A DNA stretch of 27,298 nucleotides, taken from a virus. Its lineage: Duplodnaviria > Caudoviricetes. Position numbers and translations under genes: made by a program. Where the stretch lies: IMG/VR virus record IMGVR_UViG_3300032254_000027, positions 1 to 27,298 of that record; one strand, given 5' to 3'. Positions 17,194-25,970 of the stretch are shown piece by piece (position 1 is the first letter of the stretch; each line of letters begins with the position of its first letter). The notes under the pieces are model-generated. The model saw only the letters and a program-made list of their open reading frames with translations. It was not told where the DNA came from and did not search any database.

Positions 17194-17889
17194 ATGGATA
17201 AACGCATGAAAAATATACTAATTGATAATGTAAATTTACTCGCAAAACAGAAAAATTTACTAAATAACTCAGGAAAGCCGTCTCAAAGTGGAATTGCGGC
17301 ACGCGCAAATAAAAAAGGTTTTCCTGTTGATCAAAAAACAATTGGGCGTGCTCTTGATATAGATGGTGGAGATGTAACGACACGCGTACTTGAAGCTATA
17401 GCTGCGGCATTTGATCTAACTGTAAGCCAATTGGTTGATGCCACAATTCATCATAATACATCCCCTATTTCTCCATCTTGTTCAAGCCTCCCTTTAATAG
17501 ACTTTATTCAAGCCGGTGACTGGAGAAATAGCTCGAGTCGTAATGAAATGGGAATCAGGGAGTCTATTCCAGTGTATGGATCAGCATTCAGTGATAATGC
17601 ATTTGCTTTAACTGTAAAAGGTGAAAGTATGCATCCAAAATATAAAGAGGGTGATGTTATTTTTGTAGATCCCGATGTCCCACTTAAGCCAGGTGATCTG
17701 GTGGTTGCAAAGCTTGATCAGGAAACAGCAGCTACTTTTAAAAAATATAAGTCGCGCGGCTTTGATGATAATAATAGCGAAATAATTGAATTATCTCCAA
17801 TTAACGAAGATTATCCTACCTTGAAAATAAATTCAAAAAACCCCGGCCATATTATTGGCAAAGTTGTTGGGCGTTTCGAGGCGTATTAA
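17194..17889 (+). CDS. cI: CI-like repressor with S24 autopeptidase domain
   Basis: N-terminal HTH; QAG cleavage site, VKGESM (Ser), ATFKKY (Lys), IIGKVV. Confidence 0.92.
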   Translation: MDKRMKNILIDNVNLLAKQKNLLNNSGKPSQSGIAARANKKGFPVDQKTIGRALDIDGGDVTTRVLEAIAAAFDLTVSQLVDATIHHNTSPISPSCSSLPLIDFIQAGDWRNSSSRNEMGIRESIPVYGSAFSDNAFALTVKGESMHPKYKEGDVIFVDPDVPLKPGDLVVAKLDQETAATFKKYKSRGFDDNNSEIIELSPINEDYPTLKINSKNPGHIIGKVVGRFEAY

Positions 17890-17895
17890 TAAAAC

Positions 17896-18339
17896 TTATG
17901 TATTATCTATAGTTTCCATAGCAAACTTTCTAAATTCCATCGGATTGTCAATGCTGGGAATAGGTGTTTGCCCGCCTCCAGTACCGTTTATCACAATGGT
18001 TCCAAAGCCAAATAAACGCCCCATTATGCTTTGATCAACGCTGTAACTTTCAACCTTGCTATGATTTAACTCAATTGTATTACGTTTTATTAAACCAAAT
18101 TTAGCAATGACACGCTTCGATGTTATCGCTAATTCTGTTGTTTTTTTCTTTATAAACGCACTTAAAAATGTAATTAATGATGCAAAAATAAAGATTAAAC
18201 CAAAAGCATTATTCATACCGGCAATAAGATAAACACCCAAACCAAGTAAAACGATACTTGGTAAATAAATAAACCAATGCATTCTGGCTTTATGCACCAC
18301 ATCTTCTCCACTCATAAGATTACTATCAACATAACTCAT
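17896..18339 (-). CDS. Membrane protein with bacterial PH domain (bPH_2, YdbT-like)
   Basis: MSYVDSNLMSGE, two TM helices, ELAITSKRVIAKFGLI, QSIMGRLFGFGTI; AGGAG RBS. Confidence 0.85.
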   Translation of the reverse strand: MSYVDSNLMSGEDVVHKARMHWFIYLPSIVLLGLGVYLIAGMNNAFGLIFIFASLITFLSAFIKKKTTELAITSKRVIAKFGLIKRNTIELNHSKVESYSVDQSIMGRLFGFGTIVINGTGGGQTPIPSIDNPMEFRKFAMETIDNT

Positions 18340-18408
18340 ATTAATTCTCCTTAGTTATCATTTCTATTATTTTGGGTGCTCCTATAAGACACAATAACAA
18401 AAATCATT

Positions 18409-18453
18409 AGGCATATGTGCCTTGACAATAAAATCATCAAGGCGTATATTCCT
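18409..18453 (+). promoter_or_regulatory. pL promoter with two OL operators
   Basis: TTGACA (18422), 17 bp, TATATT (18445); operators AGGCATATGTGCCT (18409) and AGGCGTATATTCCT (18440). Confidence 0.85.
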
Positions 18454-18457
18454 AGGT

Positions 18458-18742
18458 ATGAGCAACAAATCAAACACTAAAAGCACTCTCAGCGTCAGCA
18501 TTCTAGGTGCTCTCTCACCTGAAGAATTGCTAGATATCGCCACACGCATGGCGCAAGAACTTCAAGATATTTGCGATGACGCTATTCAAGCCGGCAGCCA
18601 ATTACCGTCAACCCAAGGGCTTGTTGATGAGTGGGAAGCGGAATATTTCGCTAAAACAAATTTAAGCTGGCAAAAGGTTTTACATGATAAAGCAAATACA
18701 GGCTTGGCCTGTTTAGACGAAAAAGCAGACGGGGCCTTGTAG
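18458..18742 (+). CDS. First pL gene, acidic hypothetical protein
   Basis: ATG 18458 chosen because the track's TTG start at 18422 is the -35 element. Confidence 0.65.
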   Translation: MSNKSNTKSTLSVSILGALSPEELLDIATRMAQELQDICDDAIQAGSQLPSTQGLVDEWEAEYFAKTNLSWQKVLHDKANTGLACLDEKADGAL

Positions 18743-18872
18743 CGGTCAACTTACGCGTAAATGTTTACGTGTACCTCGTAATCACTCACCTTGGTTCAGT
18801 GGGCTGTGAAAACGAACAAGTAAACGGTGGGGACACCGTTCGCTAACCAAATTTAAAAATGGAGCAAATAAA

Positions 18873-19040
18873 ATGTTAATTGATATACCCGACACAATAC
18901 CCTTTATTGCCATTGCCCAATTTGCCACTTCACAGGGTTGCCACTTACAAGCAAACACAAAAGCAAGCTTCACTTTTGTACCCACTAAAGATTTATTTAA
19001 TTTAAACGCAGCAAAAAAAATTAAAGCGAATCAGTCATGA
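18873..19040 (+). CDS. 55-aa hypothetical protein (not in ORF track)
   Basis: MLIDIPDTIPFIAIAQFATSQGCHLQ...; GGAG RBS and ATGA overlap with the next gene. Confidence 0.65.
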   Translation: MLIDIPDTIPFIAIAQFATSQGCHLQANTKASFTFVPTKDLFNLNAAKKIKANQS

Positions 19041-19354
19041 GCCAACAAATATTCAACTTCGATGAAGCCGCCACACAACTTGGCTTAGGTCGTAACACGT
19101 TATTTAAAAAATTACGTGAGTTGAATATTTTAAATAAAGAAAATATCCCTTACCGATGCTATATCGACGGCGGGTATTTTAAAACACAACAAAGCTATTG
19201 GGTACACCCAAAAACGAAAGAACAACGATTAGCCATTAAACCCCTCATAACGCTGCGCGGCATGGGCTGGGTTGATGAACAATTAAGCGAACAAAAAATA
19301 AATGGAGAAAAAGAAAATGACGGTACGACAAGACCTGTTTCAGCACACAATTAA
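19037..19354 (+). CDS. Phage antirepressor KilA-C domain protein
   Basis: AATQLGLGRNTLFKKLRE, PYRCYIDGGYF, ITLRGMGWV. Confidence 0.85.
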   Translation: MSQQIFNFDEAATQLGLGRNTLFKKLRELNILNKENIPYRCYIDGGYFKTQQSYWVHPKTKEQRLAIKPLITLRGMGWVDEQLSEQKINGEKENDGTTRPVSAHN

Positions 19355-19661
19355 CTCAATGCGTTTTGGTGCGTTAGCCGAAGAACTAAGTGAAAAGCTA
19401 CACGAGTGCGTTTCGCATGCCCAATACATTAATAAAGGCACTGAGCTTACATTAAAAATTAAAATTAAACCGAATGGTTCGGGGCAGGTGGAGTTAAAAG
19501 ATACTGTTACACAAAACCTACCCCAGGAAGAAAAAGGCAGCACCTTTATGTTTTCAACACCTGAAGGCAACCTTACGCAAAACGCCCCCACGCAACAGAA
19601 TTTAGAGTTGCAACCCGTGGCAGACGATAAACCAGAATCATTCAAAGAAGTGGAGCAATAA
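19317..19661 (+). CDS. YfdP-like conserved prophage protein
   Basis: GTELTLKIKIKP, FSTPEGNLT motifs; precedes the DUF2303 gene; ATG 19317 has an upstream GGAG. Confidence 0.7.
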   Translation: MTVRQDLFQHTINSMRFGALAEELSEKLHECVSHAQYINKGTELTLKIKIKPNGSGQVELKDTVTQNLPQEEKGSTFMFSTPEGNLTQNAPTQQNLELQPVADDKPESFKEVEQ

Positions 19662-19663
19662 AA

Positions 19664-20506
19664 ATGTACTCAACTAACGAAACAACATTAAACGATGCGC
19701 AATCTATTATTGATTATGTGCGAGATAATGAAAAAGAATTAATAGGTAAGGTTGTTGAGTTTAACAATACGCCATTTTTAATCACAAAAAAAGGCTTTGA
19801 TGTTAAAGATATTTCAGATTTACTAAGTGATCCACTTCGCATCAAGAAAAATATCCAACTTTATGACGTTGGCTCTTTTATAGAGTATTACAACCGCTTC
19901 GCTGATGAAGATTCGACCATTTATTACAATATTGAAACCGCTAAATTTAAAGCCATCTTAGATCATAATATGAATATCGAAGGTGATGAAAATACGCCTA
20001 GATGGGAAGAACATACCGCAACCTACGCCTGCCCCGCTACACCTGAATGGAATATCTGGCGAGAGTTTAGCGGTAAAAAAATGAACCAAGAAGATTTTTC
20101 ATTGTTTATCGAAGATAACTTAAATGAAATTAACGAACCCAAAGGCGCGCAGATGCTTGATATTGTTTCAAGCTTAAAAGCCACCAAAAATGTAAATTTT
20201 CGTAGCGCATTAAGATTAGATAATGGTCAAACTCAAATCACTTACGTTGAAGATATTGAAGGTAGCGCAGGACAAACAGGCAAGCTGAATATTCCTACCA
20301 TCATTAAATTAGGTATGCGATTGTTTGCCGGTGGCGAAGGTTACGAAATAGAAGCACGCTTTCGTTACCGAATTAACAGTGGCAACCTAATAATGTGGTA
20401 CGAATTGATACGCCCACATAAAGTCAATGAAGCCGCTATTGATGGCACTTTAAAAATCATCGAAGAAAATATGAGTATCGGCTACTTACTGCACGGCCGA
20501 GCATAA
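19664..20506 (+). CDS. DUF2303 / YfdQ family protein
   Basis: SFIEYYNR, AILDH, MNQEDFSLFIEDN, IEARFRYR. Confidence 0.85.
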   Translation: MYSTNETTLNDAQSIIDYVRDNEKELIGKVVEFNNTPFLITKKGFDVKDISDLLSDPLRIKKNIQLYDVGSFIEYYNRFADEDSTIYYNIETAKFKAILDHNMNIEGDENTPRWEEHTATYACPATPEWNIWREFSGKKMNQEDFSLFIEDNLNEINEPKGAQMLDIVSSLKATKNVNFRSALRLDNGQTQITYVEDIEGSAGQTGKLNIPTIIKLGMRLFAGGEGYEIEARFRYRINSGNLIMWYELIRPHKVNEAAIDGTLKIIEENMSIGYLLHGRA

Positions 20507-20508
20507 AA

Positions 20509-20715
20509 ATGGCCGCTTCACCTCACATAACAAAAAGAATCGATTTACATTTAGCGGTTTTATGTGCAGTGAAGCAGCCAGACGAAACATTAACTTGTGC
20601 AAACATAGCAGAAATATGCGAATGCTCTGTTCAACTTATTTCAAGAATACAAATTGAAGCATTAGCTAAATTAAAAAGAAAGATAAGCAACCATAAACTT
20701 GGCGACTACGTGTAA
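20509..20715 (+). CDS. Stand-alone sigma70 region-4-like HTH protein
   Basis: LTCANIAEICECSVQLISRIQIEALAKLK matches the T..EI......S..R..QI...AL.KL pattern. Confidence 0.65.
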   Translation: MAASPHITKRIDLHLAVLCAVKQPDETLTCANIAEICECSVQLISRIQIEALAKLKRKISNHKLGDYV

Positions 20716-20726
20716 AAGGGGATGCA

Positions 20727-20870
20727 ATGAATTTAATCACTGAATTTTTCACCAACTTTAATTATTTAAAAGGGTTGATTATTTCCGCAATTCTATTGAT
20801 TGCCATTGTCGGTGTTTTATGGCTTAACTGGCGACACAATAAAAAAATGAAAGAAATGTATTTTGATTAG
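20727..20870 (+). CDS. 47-aa single-TM protein (not in ORF track)
   Basis: MNLITEFFTNFNYLKGLIISAILLIAIVGVLWLNWRHNKKMKEMYFD; AGGGGA RBS. Confidence 0.6.
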   Translation: MNLITEFFTNFNYLKGLIISAILLIAIVGVLWLNWRHNKKMKEMYFD

Positions 20871-20961
20871 TCTTTCGACAGCAACATTTATAATCATACT
20901 GGCTATTGCAGTTAGTAGCCTTTACACGCTTTCAATTACAAATTGGTACCACAGGAAAAAT

Positions 20962-21156
20962 ATGAGTAATAATAATATTGAAATTGCGGTTGATATAAAA
21001 CACATAACCAATGCAGCGGTACTGGTATCGGATGGTGATAAACAAGTTTGGATACCCAAAGGCCAAATTGAAGACTATACCGATGAGCTGATTATCGGCC
21101 ATTCAATAACAATATTTATTCCTGAATGGTTAGCAGAAAATAAAGGATTAATCTAA
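20962..21156 (+). CDS. Conserved small phage protein (VWIPKxQI...IPEWLA..KGL)
   Basis: Recognisable phage motif; AGGA RBS before ATG 20962. An in-frame hydrophobic extension from 20863 is possible. Confidence 0.65.
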   Translation: MSNNNIEIAVDIKHITNAAVLVSDGDKQVWIPKGQIEDYTDELIIGHSITIFIPEWLAENKGLI

Positions 21157-21797
21157 TGACGGCATTACAATATCACTTAGGCGAATTAGAAATTGCTAAG
21201 AACAAAGACGATGTTAGCCACATTAACCCTATTTTTAATGATAGCGATAATATAATTTTAGATATCGGTTGCGGTATCGGGCAAACGTTTATCGCAATTA
21301 ATCCAACAGATAAAATGTGTGTGGGTATTGATATTGATGAAGAGTCAATTCGATACGGCATTGAACATTACGGCCACGACATACAGTTTATTTATTCTAA
21401 TGCTAAAAAAATACCCATGCCATCGAACGTATTTGATTTAGTGTACAGCCGTGTCGCACTTCCTTATACGAATATTCCTAAAACGATAAAAGAAATCAAA
21501 CGCGTATTAAAATCTGGCGGGCGTATTTGGTTTACTTTGCACACGAAAAAAACAGCGTTAGAAAATTTAAGTGTTGCATTCAAGAAAAAATCGTTAAAAG
21601 AAACCATTCAAACCTTCTACGTATTAATGAATGGCTACGCGCTTAAGTATTTAAGTTTAAATCTACCTTTTATTAATGGTCAATATGAAAGCTGGCAGGA
21701 TGAAGAGTCAATTGAAAAACTACTAACCAAACATGGTTTTAATGTTGATGTGTTTATGAGTGGAATACACTTGGTCGCTGAGGGAAATCTAACATGA
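21156..21797 (+). CDS. Class I SAM-dependent methyltransferase (small-molecule, Methyltransf_11-like)
   Basis: [33 protein letters not shown]; no DPPY/NPPY or PC motif. Confidence 0.85.
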   Translation: MTALQYHLGELEIAKNKDDVSHINPIFNDSDNIILDIGCGIGQTFIAINPTDKMCVGIDIDEESIRYGIEHYGHDIQFIYSNAKKIPMPSNVFDLVYSRVALPYTNIPKTIKEIKRVLKSGGRIWFTLHTKKTALENLSVAFKKKSLKETIQTFYVLMNGYALKYLSLNLPFINGQYESWQDEESIEKLLTKHGFNVDVFMSGIHLVAEGNLT

Positions 21798-22135
21798 GCA
21801 AGAAAGCCGAACGATTCAATACAGGTAAGCCACAACTAAGTTATTTACTTGAAGCGCCTGATGCAATTAATGGTCTTGTAACTGTTTTGGAATTCGGGGC
21901 AAAAAAATATAGTCGAGGCAATTGGCAAAGTGGGCTTCCTTGGATGGGCGTATTAGACAGCCTATTAAGACATGCATCCGCCTTTGCCAACGGTGAAGAT
22001 TTAGATCCTGAGTCTGGTTTACCTCATGTTGATCATATTCAATGTAACGCCTTATTTTTAGGTGAATATTTTAGAAGCAATCTTGAAATGGATGATCGGT
22101 TAAAGCAATCTATTGGAGAATTAAAAAGTGAATGA
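21794..22135 (+). CDS. dATP/dGTP diphosphohydrolase domain protein (DUF5664-like)
   Basis: [39 protein letters not shown]. Confidence 0.85.
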   Translation: MSKKAERFNTGKPQLSYLLEAPDAINGLVTVLEFGAKKYSRGNWQSGLPWMGVLDSLLRHASAFANGEDLDPESGLPHVDHIQCNALFLGEYFRSNLEMDDRLKQSIGELKSE

Positions 22136-22814
22136 AAAAATAAATGTACTTGATCACGGCTTTGTACGATTAGTTGATCATATGGGTTCAGACTTATCAA
22201 TAGTGAGAAATGCACGTGTGTCATACGATGCTGAATGGCGCGCGGGTGAAGATAGCGGCAGTGATGCTAGGCTAATCAACTATCTATTTAATAATGGACA
22301 CAACACACCATTCGAGGCAGTCACCCTTACTTTTGATGTAAAAGCTCCCATCTTTGTATTTAGACAATGGCATCGACACCGAACACAATCGTTTAATGAA
22401 TTGTCTGCACGCTATCGTGAACTACCTGAAGAATTGTATATCCCTGAACATGAGCAGATAACAACGCAATCACTCGATAATAAACAAATGCGTACCGATG
22501 AACAAAATCCCGAGAGTGAATATATTCGTCGAATTATACAGCATACAAATAAAGACTCCTTTGCAGCTTACAAAACAATGCTTGAGCTTGGCTGTCCACG
22601 TGAAATAGCACGTTCTGTATTACCGGTAGGAACTTACAGCCACATGTTTGCAACCGTTAATTTACATAACTTATTCAGATTCTTAGGTGAACGGTTACAT
22701 CCTCACGCACAATATGAAATTAGAGTATATGCAGAGGCAATGCTTCAGTTAATTAAACCCATTGCACCGGTTGCCGTTGCAGCATTTGAAAAAAAACTTA
22801 ACATAGGAGAGTGA
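22128..22814 (+). CDS. thyX: FAD-dependent thymidylate synthase
   Basis: [25 protein letters not shown] signature, [16 protein letters not shown]. Confidence 0.95.
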   Translation: MNEKINVLDHGFVRLVDHMGSDLSIVRNARVSYDAEWRAGEDSGSDARLINYLFNNGHNTPFEAVTLTFDVKAPIFVFRQWHRHRTQSFNELSARYRELPEELYIPEHEQITTQSLDNKQMRTDEQNPESEYIRRIIQHTNKDSFAAYKTMLELGCPREIARSVLPVGTYSHMFATVNLHNLFRFLGERLHPHAQYEIRVYAEAMLQLIKPIAPVAVAAFEKKLNIGE

Positions 22815-22817
22815 AAA

Positions 22818-23165
22818 ATGGAACATTCAGAGTTAGTAAAAAGTTTAGCAAAAGATGGCCAACAAATAGCAGATGAAATGAGTGCTGAAACGGCGCATTT
22901 AACACACATGGCTATGTGTATCCCCGAAGAAGCTGGAGAAATTGCGGGTTTAATTAAGAAACACGTTATGTATAACAAGCCACTTAAATTAGAAGCGGTT
23001 ATTGAAGAAATGGGCGACCTTGAATTTTATCTTGAAGGTTTACGTCAGGGCTTAAAGATCACTCGCCAAGAAATTTTAGAAGCAAATATTAGAAAACTTC
23101 AAAAACGTTATTCAGAAGGCTCTTATAGTGACAAGCAAGCTAATGAACGTGCAGATAAAAAATGA
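22818..23165 (+). CDS. MazG-like NTP pyrophosphohydrolase
   Basis: EEAGEIAGLIKK, EEMGDLEFY, NIRKLQKRY. Confidence 0.88.
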   Translation: MEHSELVKSLAKDGQQIADEMSAETAHLTHMAMCIPEEAGEIAGLIKKHVMYNKPLKLEAVIEEMGDLEFYLEGLRQGLKITRQEILEANIRKLQKRYSEGSYSDKQANERADKK

Positions 23166-23401
23166 ATCAAACTAAATTAGAAACAGCAATTGAAGTGTTT
23201 TGTAATTATGCATCTGGTTTTATCGTTGCATATTTAACTTACGCTTTTATCGTGATGCCTAACTTACATTTAATGGCGTCGCCGTTTTGGGTAACAACAT
23301 TATTTACTATTATTAGTATTATGCGTACATATTTGTGGCGCAGATTTTTTAATGCCGAACTACATAAGGTGGTTCATAGATTAGTAAGTGAACGCGGATA
23401 A
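23162..23401 (+). CDS. Small two-TM phage membrane protein
   Basis: E...N..SGF, FTIISIMRTYLWRRFFN motif; ATGA overlap with mazG. Confidence 0.7.
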   Translation: MNQTKLETAIEVFCNYASGFIVAYLTYAFIVMPNLHLMASPFWVTTLFTIISIMRTYLWRRFFNAELHKVVHRLVSERG

Positions 23402-23407
23402 ATTATA

Positions 23408-23602
23408 ATGCCACTAGAACGACAAGTAAATCTATCCACAATTTGGCATATGCTCCGCGAAGACTATAAAGTACACCTGTTTAAATTAATCGGTGCTGAC
23501 ATTGACGCAACAGGTAAAAAAATAACAAGCGTGATTGAAATAAATTTAATGTGCGCACACTGGGACGAAATGACCGAAACACATAAAAAAAATGATACAT
23601 GA
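23408..23602 (+). CDS. Hypothetical phage protein
   Basis: 64-aa ORF in operon context. Confidence 0.5.
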   Translation: MPLERQVNLSTIWHMLREDYKVHLFKLIGADIDATGKKITSVIEINLMCAHWDEMTETHKKNDT

Positions 23603-23626
23603 ATATTTTTTAAAAGTAGCAAGCGA

Positions 23627-23773
23627 ATGGAATTAAATCTATGCCCATATTGCAGCGACCCAGTTGATACCAATGAGCTGCATGTTTTTGACGATGACGA
23701 TAAAGAATACTGGCATTACCAATGCACGATAAATGAACGAATTGATTTTGAGGAAAAGCGGGTAACTAAATGA
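23627..23773 (+). CDS. 48-aa CxxC...HxxC zinc-finger-like protein (not in ORF track)
   Basis: MELNLCPYCSDPVDTNELHVFDDDDKEYWHYQCTINERIDFEEKRVTK; ATGA overlap with the MTase. Confidence 0.6.
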   Translation: MELNLCPYCSDPVDTNELHVFDDDDKEYWHYQCTINERIDFEEKRVTK

Positions 23774-24504
23774 TAAATTTACTATTCGGTGATTGCTTAA
23801 AAGAAATGAGTGTTATCAAGGAGAATACGATTGATATGGTGTGCTGCGACCTTCCTTACGGTACCACCAAATGTAGTTGGGATTCAATGATCAACCTTGA
23901 TCTTCTGTGGAGCCATTACAATCGAATCGTTAAAGAAAATGGTGCCATAGTTCTTTTTGCTCAGACTCCATTCGATAAAGTTCTTGGTATGTCAAACCTT
24001 AAAATGCTTCGTTATGAATGGATATGGGAAAAAACACACTCTACAGGTTTTTTTAACGCAAAAAAAATGCCGATGAAAGCTCATGAAAATATTTTAGTCT
24101 TTTATAAAAAACTGCCGACTTACAACCCACAGAAAACAACCGGCCACGAGAAAAAGCAGGCTAGGCGCGATGCACATAACAGTGAAGTTTATGGTAAAGC
24201 AATTAAAAAAGTTTGGTATAACTCTACTGAGCGGTACCCAAGAAGCGTTCAAATTATGGCAAGCGATAAACAGCAACACAGTTATCACCCAACACAAAAA
24301 CCTGTTCAGCTTATTGAATACTTAATTAAGACTTACACCAATGAGGGTGATCACGTTCTTGATAATACAATGGGAAGCGGCACTACTGGCGTTGCTTCCT
24401 CAAATCTTAATAGGCAATTTACAGGTATAGAAATCAATAAAAAATATTTTTTAATTGCAAAAGATCGAATTTTAAGTAATTACCAAACAACAATGGTTAT
24501 ATAA
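23770..24504 (+). CDS. Orphan beta-class N6-adenine/N4-cytosine DNA methyltransferase
   Basis: Motif IV DLPYG before HPTQKP and motif I DNTMGSGTT; GAGG RBS. Confidence 0.92.
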   Translation: MINLLFGDCLKEMSVIKENTIDMVCCDLPYGTTKCSWDSMINLDLLWSHYNRIVKENGAIVLFAQTPFDKVLGMSNLKMLRYEWIWEKTHSTGFFNAKKMPMKAHENILVFYKKLPTYNPQKTTGHEKKQARRDAHNSEVYGKAIKKVWYNSTERYPRSVQIMASDKQQHSYHPTQKPVQLIEYLIKTYTNEGDHVLDNTMGSGTTGVASSNLNRQFTGIEINKKYFLIAKDRILSNYQTTMVI

Positions 24505-24705
24505 ATGCTAATTTCAGCCAAAAGATACCGCGAAACCGCATTTGAAGCCGGTTCTCGCCCCACTTTGCCCACAATAAACAGATGGATACGTGAAGGTGAT
24601 ATTGCAGGCAAGCGAATTGGTGGAAAATATTTTGTATTTACTGAAGAACAGCCTATTATAGAACCAAAAACCGAACCGGATTTTTCAGCCTATGAATCAC
24701 AGTAA
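24505..24705 (+). CDS. xis: Excisionase-like winged-HTH protein
   Basis: PTLPTINRWIREGDIAGKRIGGKYFV; near the integrase. Confidence 0.75.
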   Translation: MLISAKRYRETAFEAGSRPTLPTINRWIREGDIAGKRIGGKYFVFTEEQPIIEPKTEPDFSAYESQ

Positions 24706-24904
24706 AGAAGACGCACTAAACGAGCTTAAATTAAAAATTGCTCGCCTGAAATTGGAAGCTGCTCTGGATAAAAACATCCGCGTTCCGTTTGCGTGGGTCT
24801 CATATGCTGCGCAATGCGCCGGCCTTATTGCTCAGTATCAAGCCATAAAAAATAGCACTGCATTTAAACCTAAAACCAAACCTATCAATGAGCCCAAGCA
24901 ATAG
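24692..24904 (+). CDS. Hypothetical protein between xis and int
   Basis: 70-aa ORF overlapping both neighbours. Confidence 0.5.
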   Translation: MNHSKEDALNELKLKIARLKLEAALDKNIRVPFAWVSYAAQCAGLIAQYQAIKNSTAFKPKTKPINEPKQ

Positions 24905-25967
24905 AATAAACGATAAAGACAAATGGATGCCCAAGCGAGTTTATAAGGGCAAGTCTGCTTATGAGTATCACCCACCAGGTGGCGGCTGTATTAGATTGTG
25001 CTCGCTCGATGCGCCACGCTCTGATGTTTATCTTGCGTACGAGCAGCATTTCCAAGAAAAAAATGACAAAAAAACAATTGCATTTTTAATTGAAAGTTAC
25101 ATAAAAAGCGATATCTATATTCAGTTAAAACCTGAAACCCAAAGAGACTACCTTGATTGCAAAAAACGCATCAACCAAGTATTTGGTAAAATGCGCTCGA
25201 TTGATTTACAACCCAAACACCTTCGTAAATACATGGATTACCGCGGCCAACAAAGCAAGTCCCGCGCTAATCGAGAGCGGACGTTTTTATCTAACGTCAT
25301 GGCGTGGGGGTTTGAGCGGGGCCACGTTACCACTAACCCATGCAAAGGCGTTAAGCCGTTCAAGTTAAAGCCTCGCACGCGTTACGTTACAGATAAAGAA
25401 TATAAAATCGTGCACGACATGGCACCACCAAATATTCAGGCAGTAATGGAAATAGCCTATCTGTGTGGTGCACGTTCGGGGGACATACGAACTCTAATGG
25501 TTAGCGATATTAAAAATGAAGGTTTATATATAGAACAAAATAAAACAGGCAAGAAACAAATAAAAAAATGGACGCCAAGGCTGCGCGCTGCAATTGAATT
25601 AGCAAAAAAACAGCCATCCAAATTAAAAGGTGAGAATATAAAAACATTTTATATTGTTCACAATAAGCATGGCCAGCCCTACTCGGCTAAAGGTTTGAAG
25701 GGTATGTTTGGTAAGCTCGTTGATAAAGCAATGGGGATTTGTCGCGAAGTAAAAGGCGAAGAAAACTACCAGGCACGAAAAGAATTATTTGAGCAGCAAT
25801 ACCCGCCGCTAGTTAAAGAACGATTTTCGCTACATGATTTAAAAGCTAAGGGTATATCTGATTTTGAAGGGGATAAACAAGAATTTTCAGGGCATAAAAA
25901 TAAGGCTATGACAGAACGTTATAACCGGACAGCTGATGTTGTGGATATTGTGGATCCTAAGAAATAA
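24888..25967 (+). CDS. int: Tyrosine recombinase (phage integrase)
   Basis: GARSGD (R), QNKTGKK (K), HDLKAKG (HxxK variant), SGH, TERY (Y). Confidence 0.95.
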   Translation: MSPSNRINDKDKWMPKRVYKGKSAYEYHPPGGGCIRLCSLDAPRSDVYLAYEQHFQEKNDKKTIAFLIESYIKSDIYIQLKPETQRDYLDCKKRINQVFGKMRSIDLQPKHLRKYMDYRGQQSKSRANRERTFLSNVMAWGFERGHVTTNPCKGVKPFKLKPRTRYVTDKEYKIVHDMAPPNIQAVMEIAYLCGARSGDIRTLMVSDIKNEGLYIEQNKTGKKQIKKWTPRLRAAIELAKKQPSKLKGENIKTFYIVHNKHGQPYSAKGLKGMFGKLVDKAMGICREVKGEENYQARKELFEQQYPPLVKERFSLHDLKAKGISDFEGDKQEFSGHKNKAMTERYNRTADVVDIVDPKK

Positions 25968-25970
25968 ATC

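Noticed and set aside
21794-23165. Complete 2-aminoadenine (Z-genome) pathway
   Set aside because: No PurZ/adenylosuccinate-synthetase-like gene or DNA polymerase in the window; the hydrolases alone are insufficient.
15061-24504. Restriction-modification system
   Set aside because: No restriction endonuclease is recognisable next to either methyltransferase.
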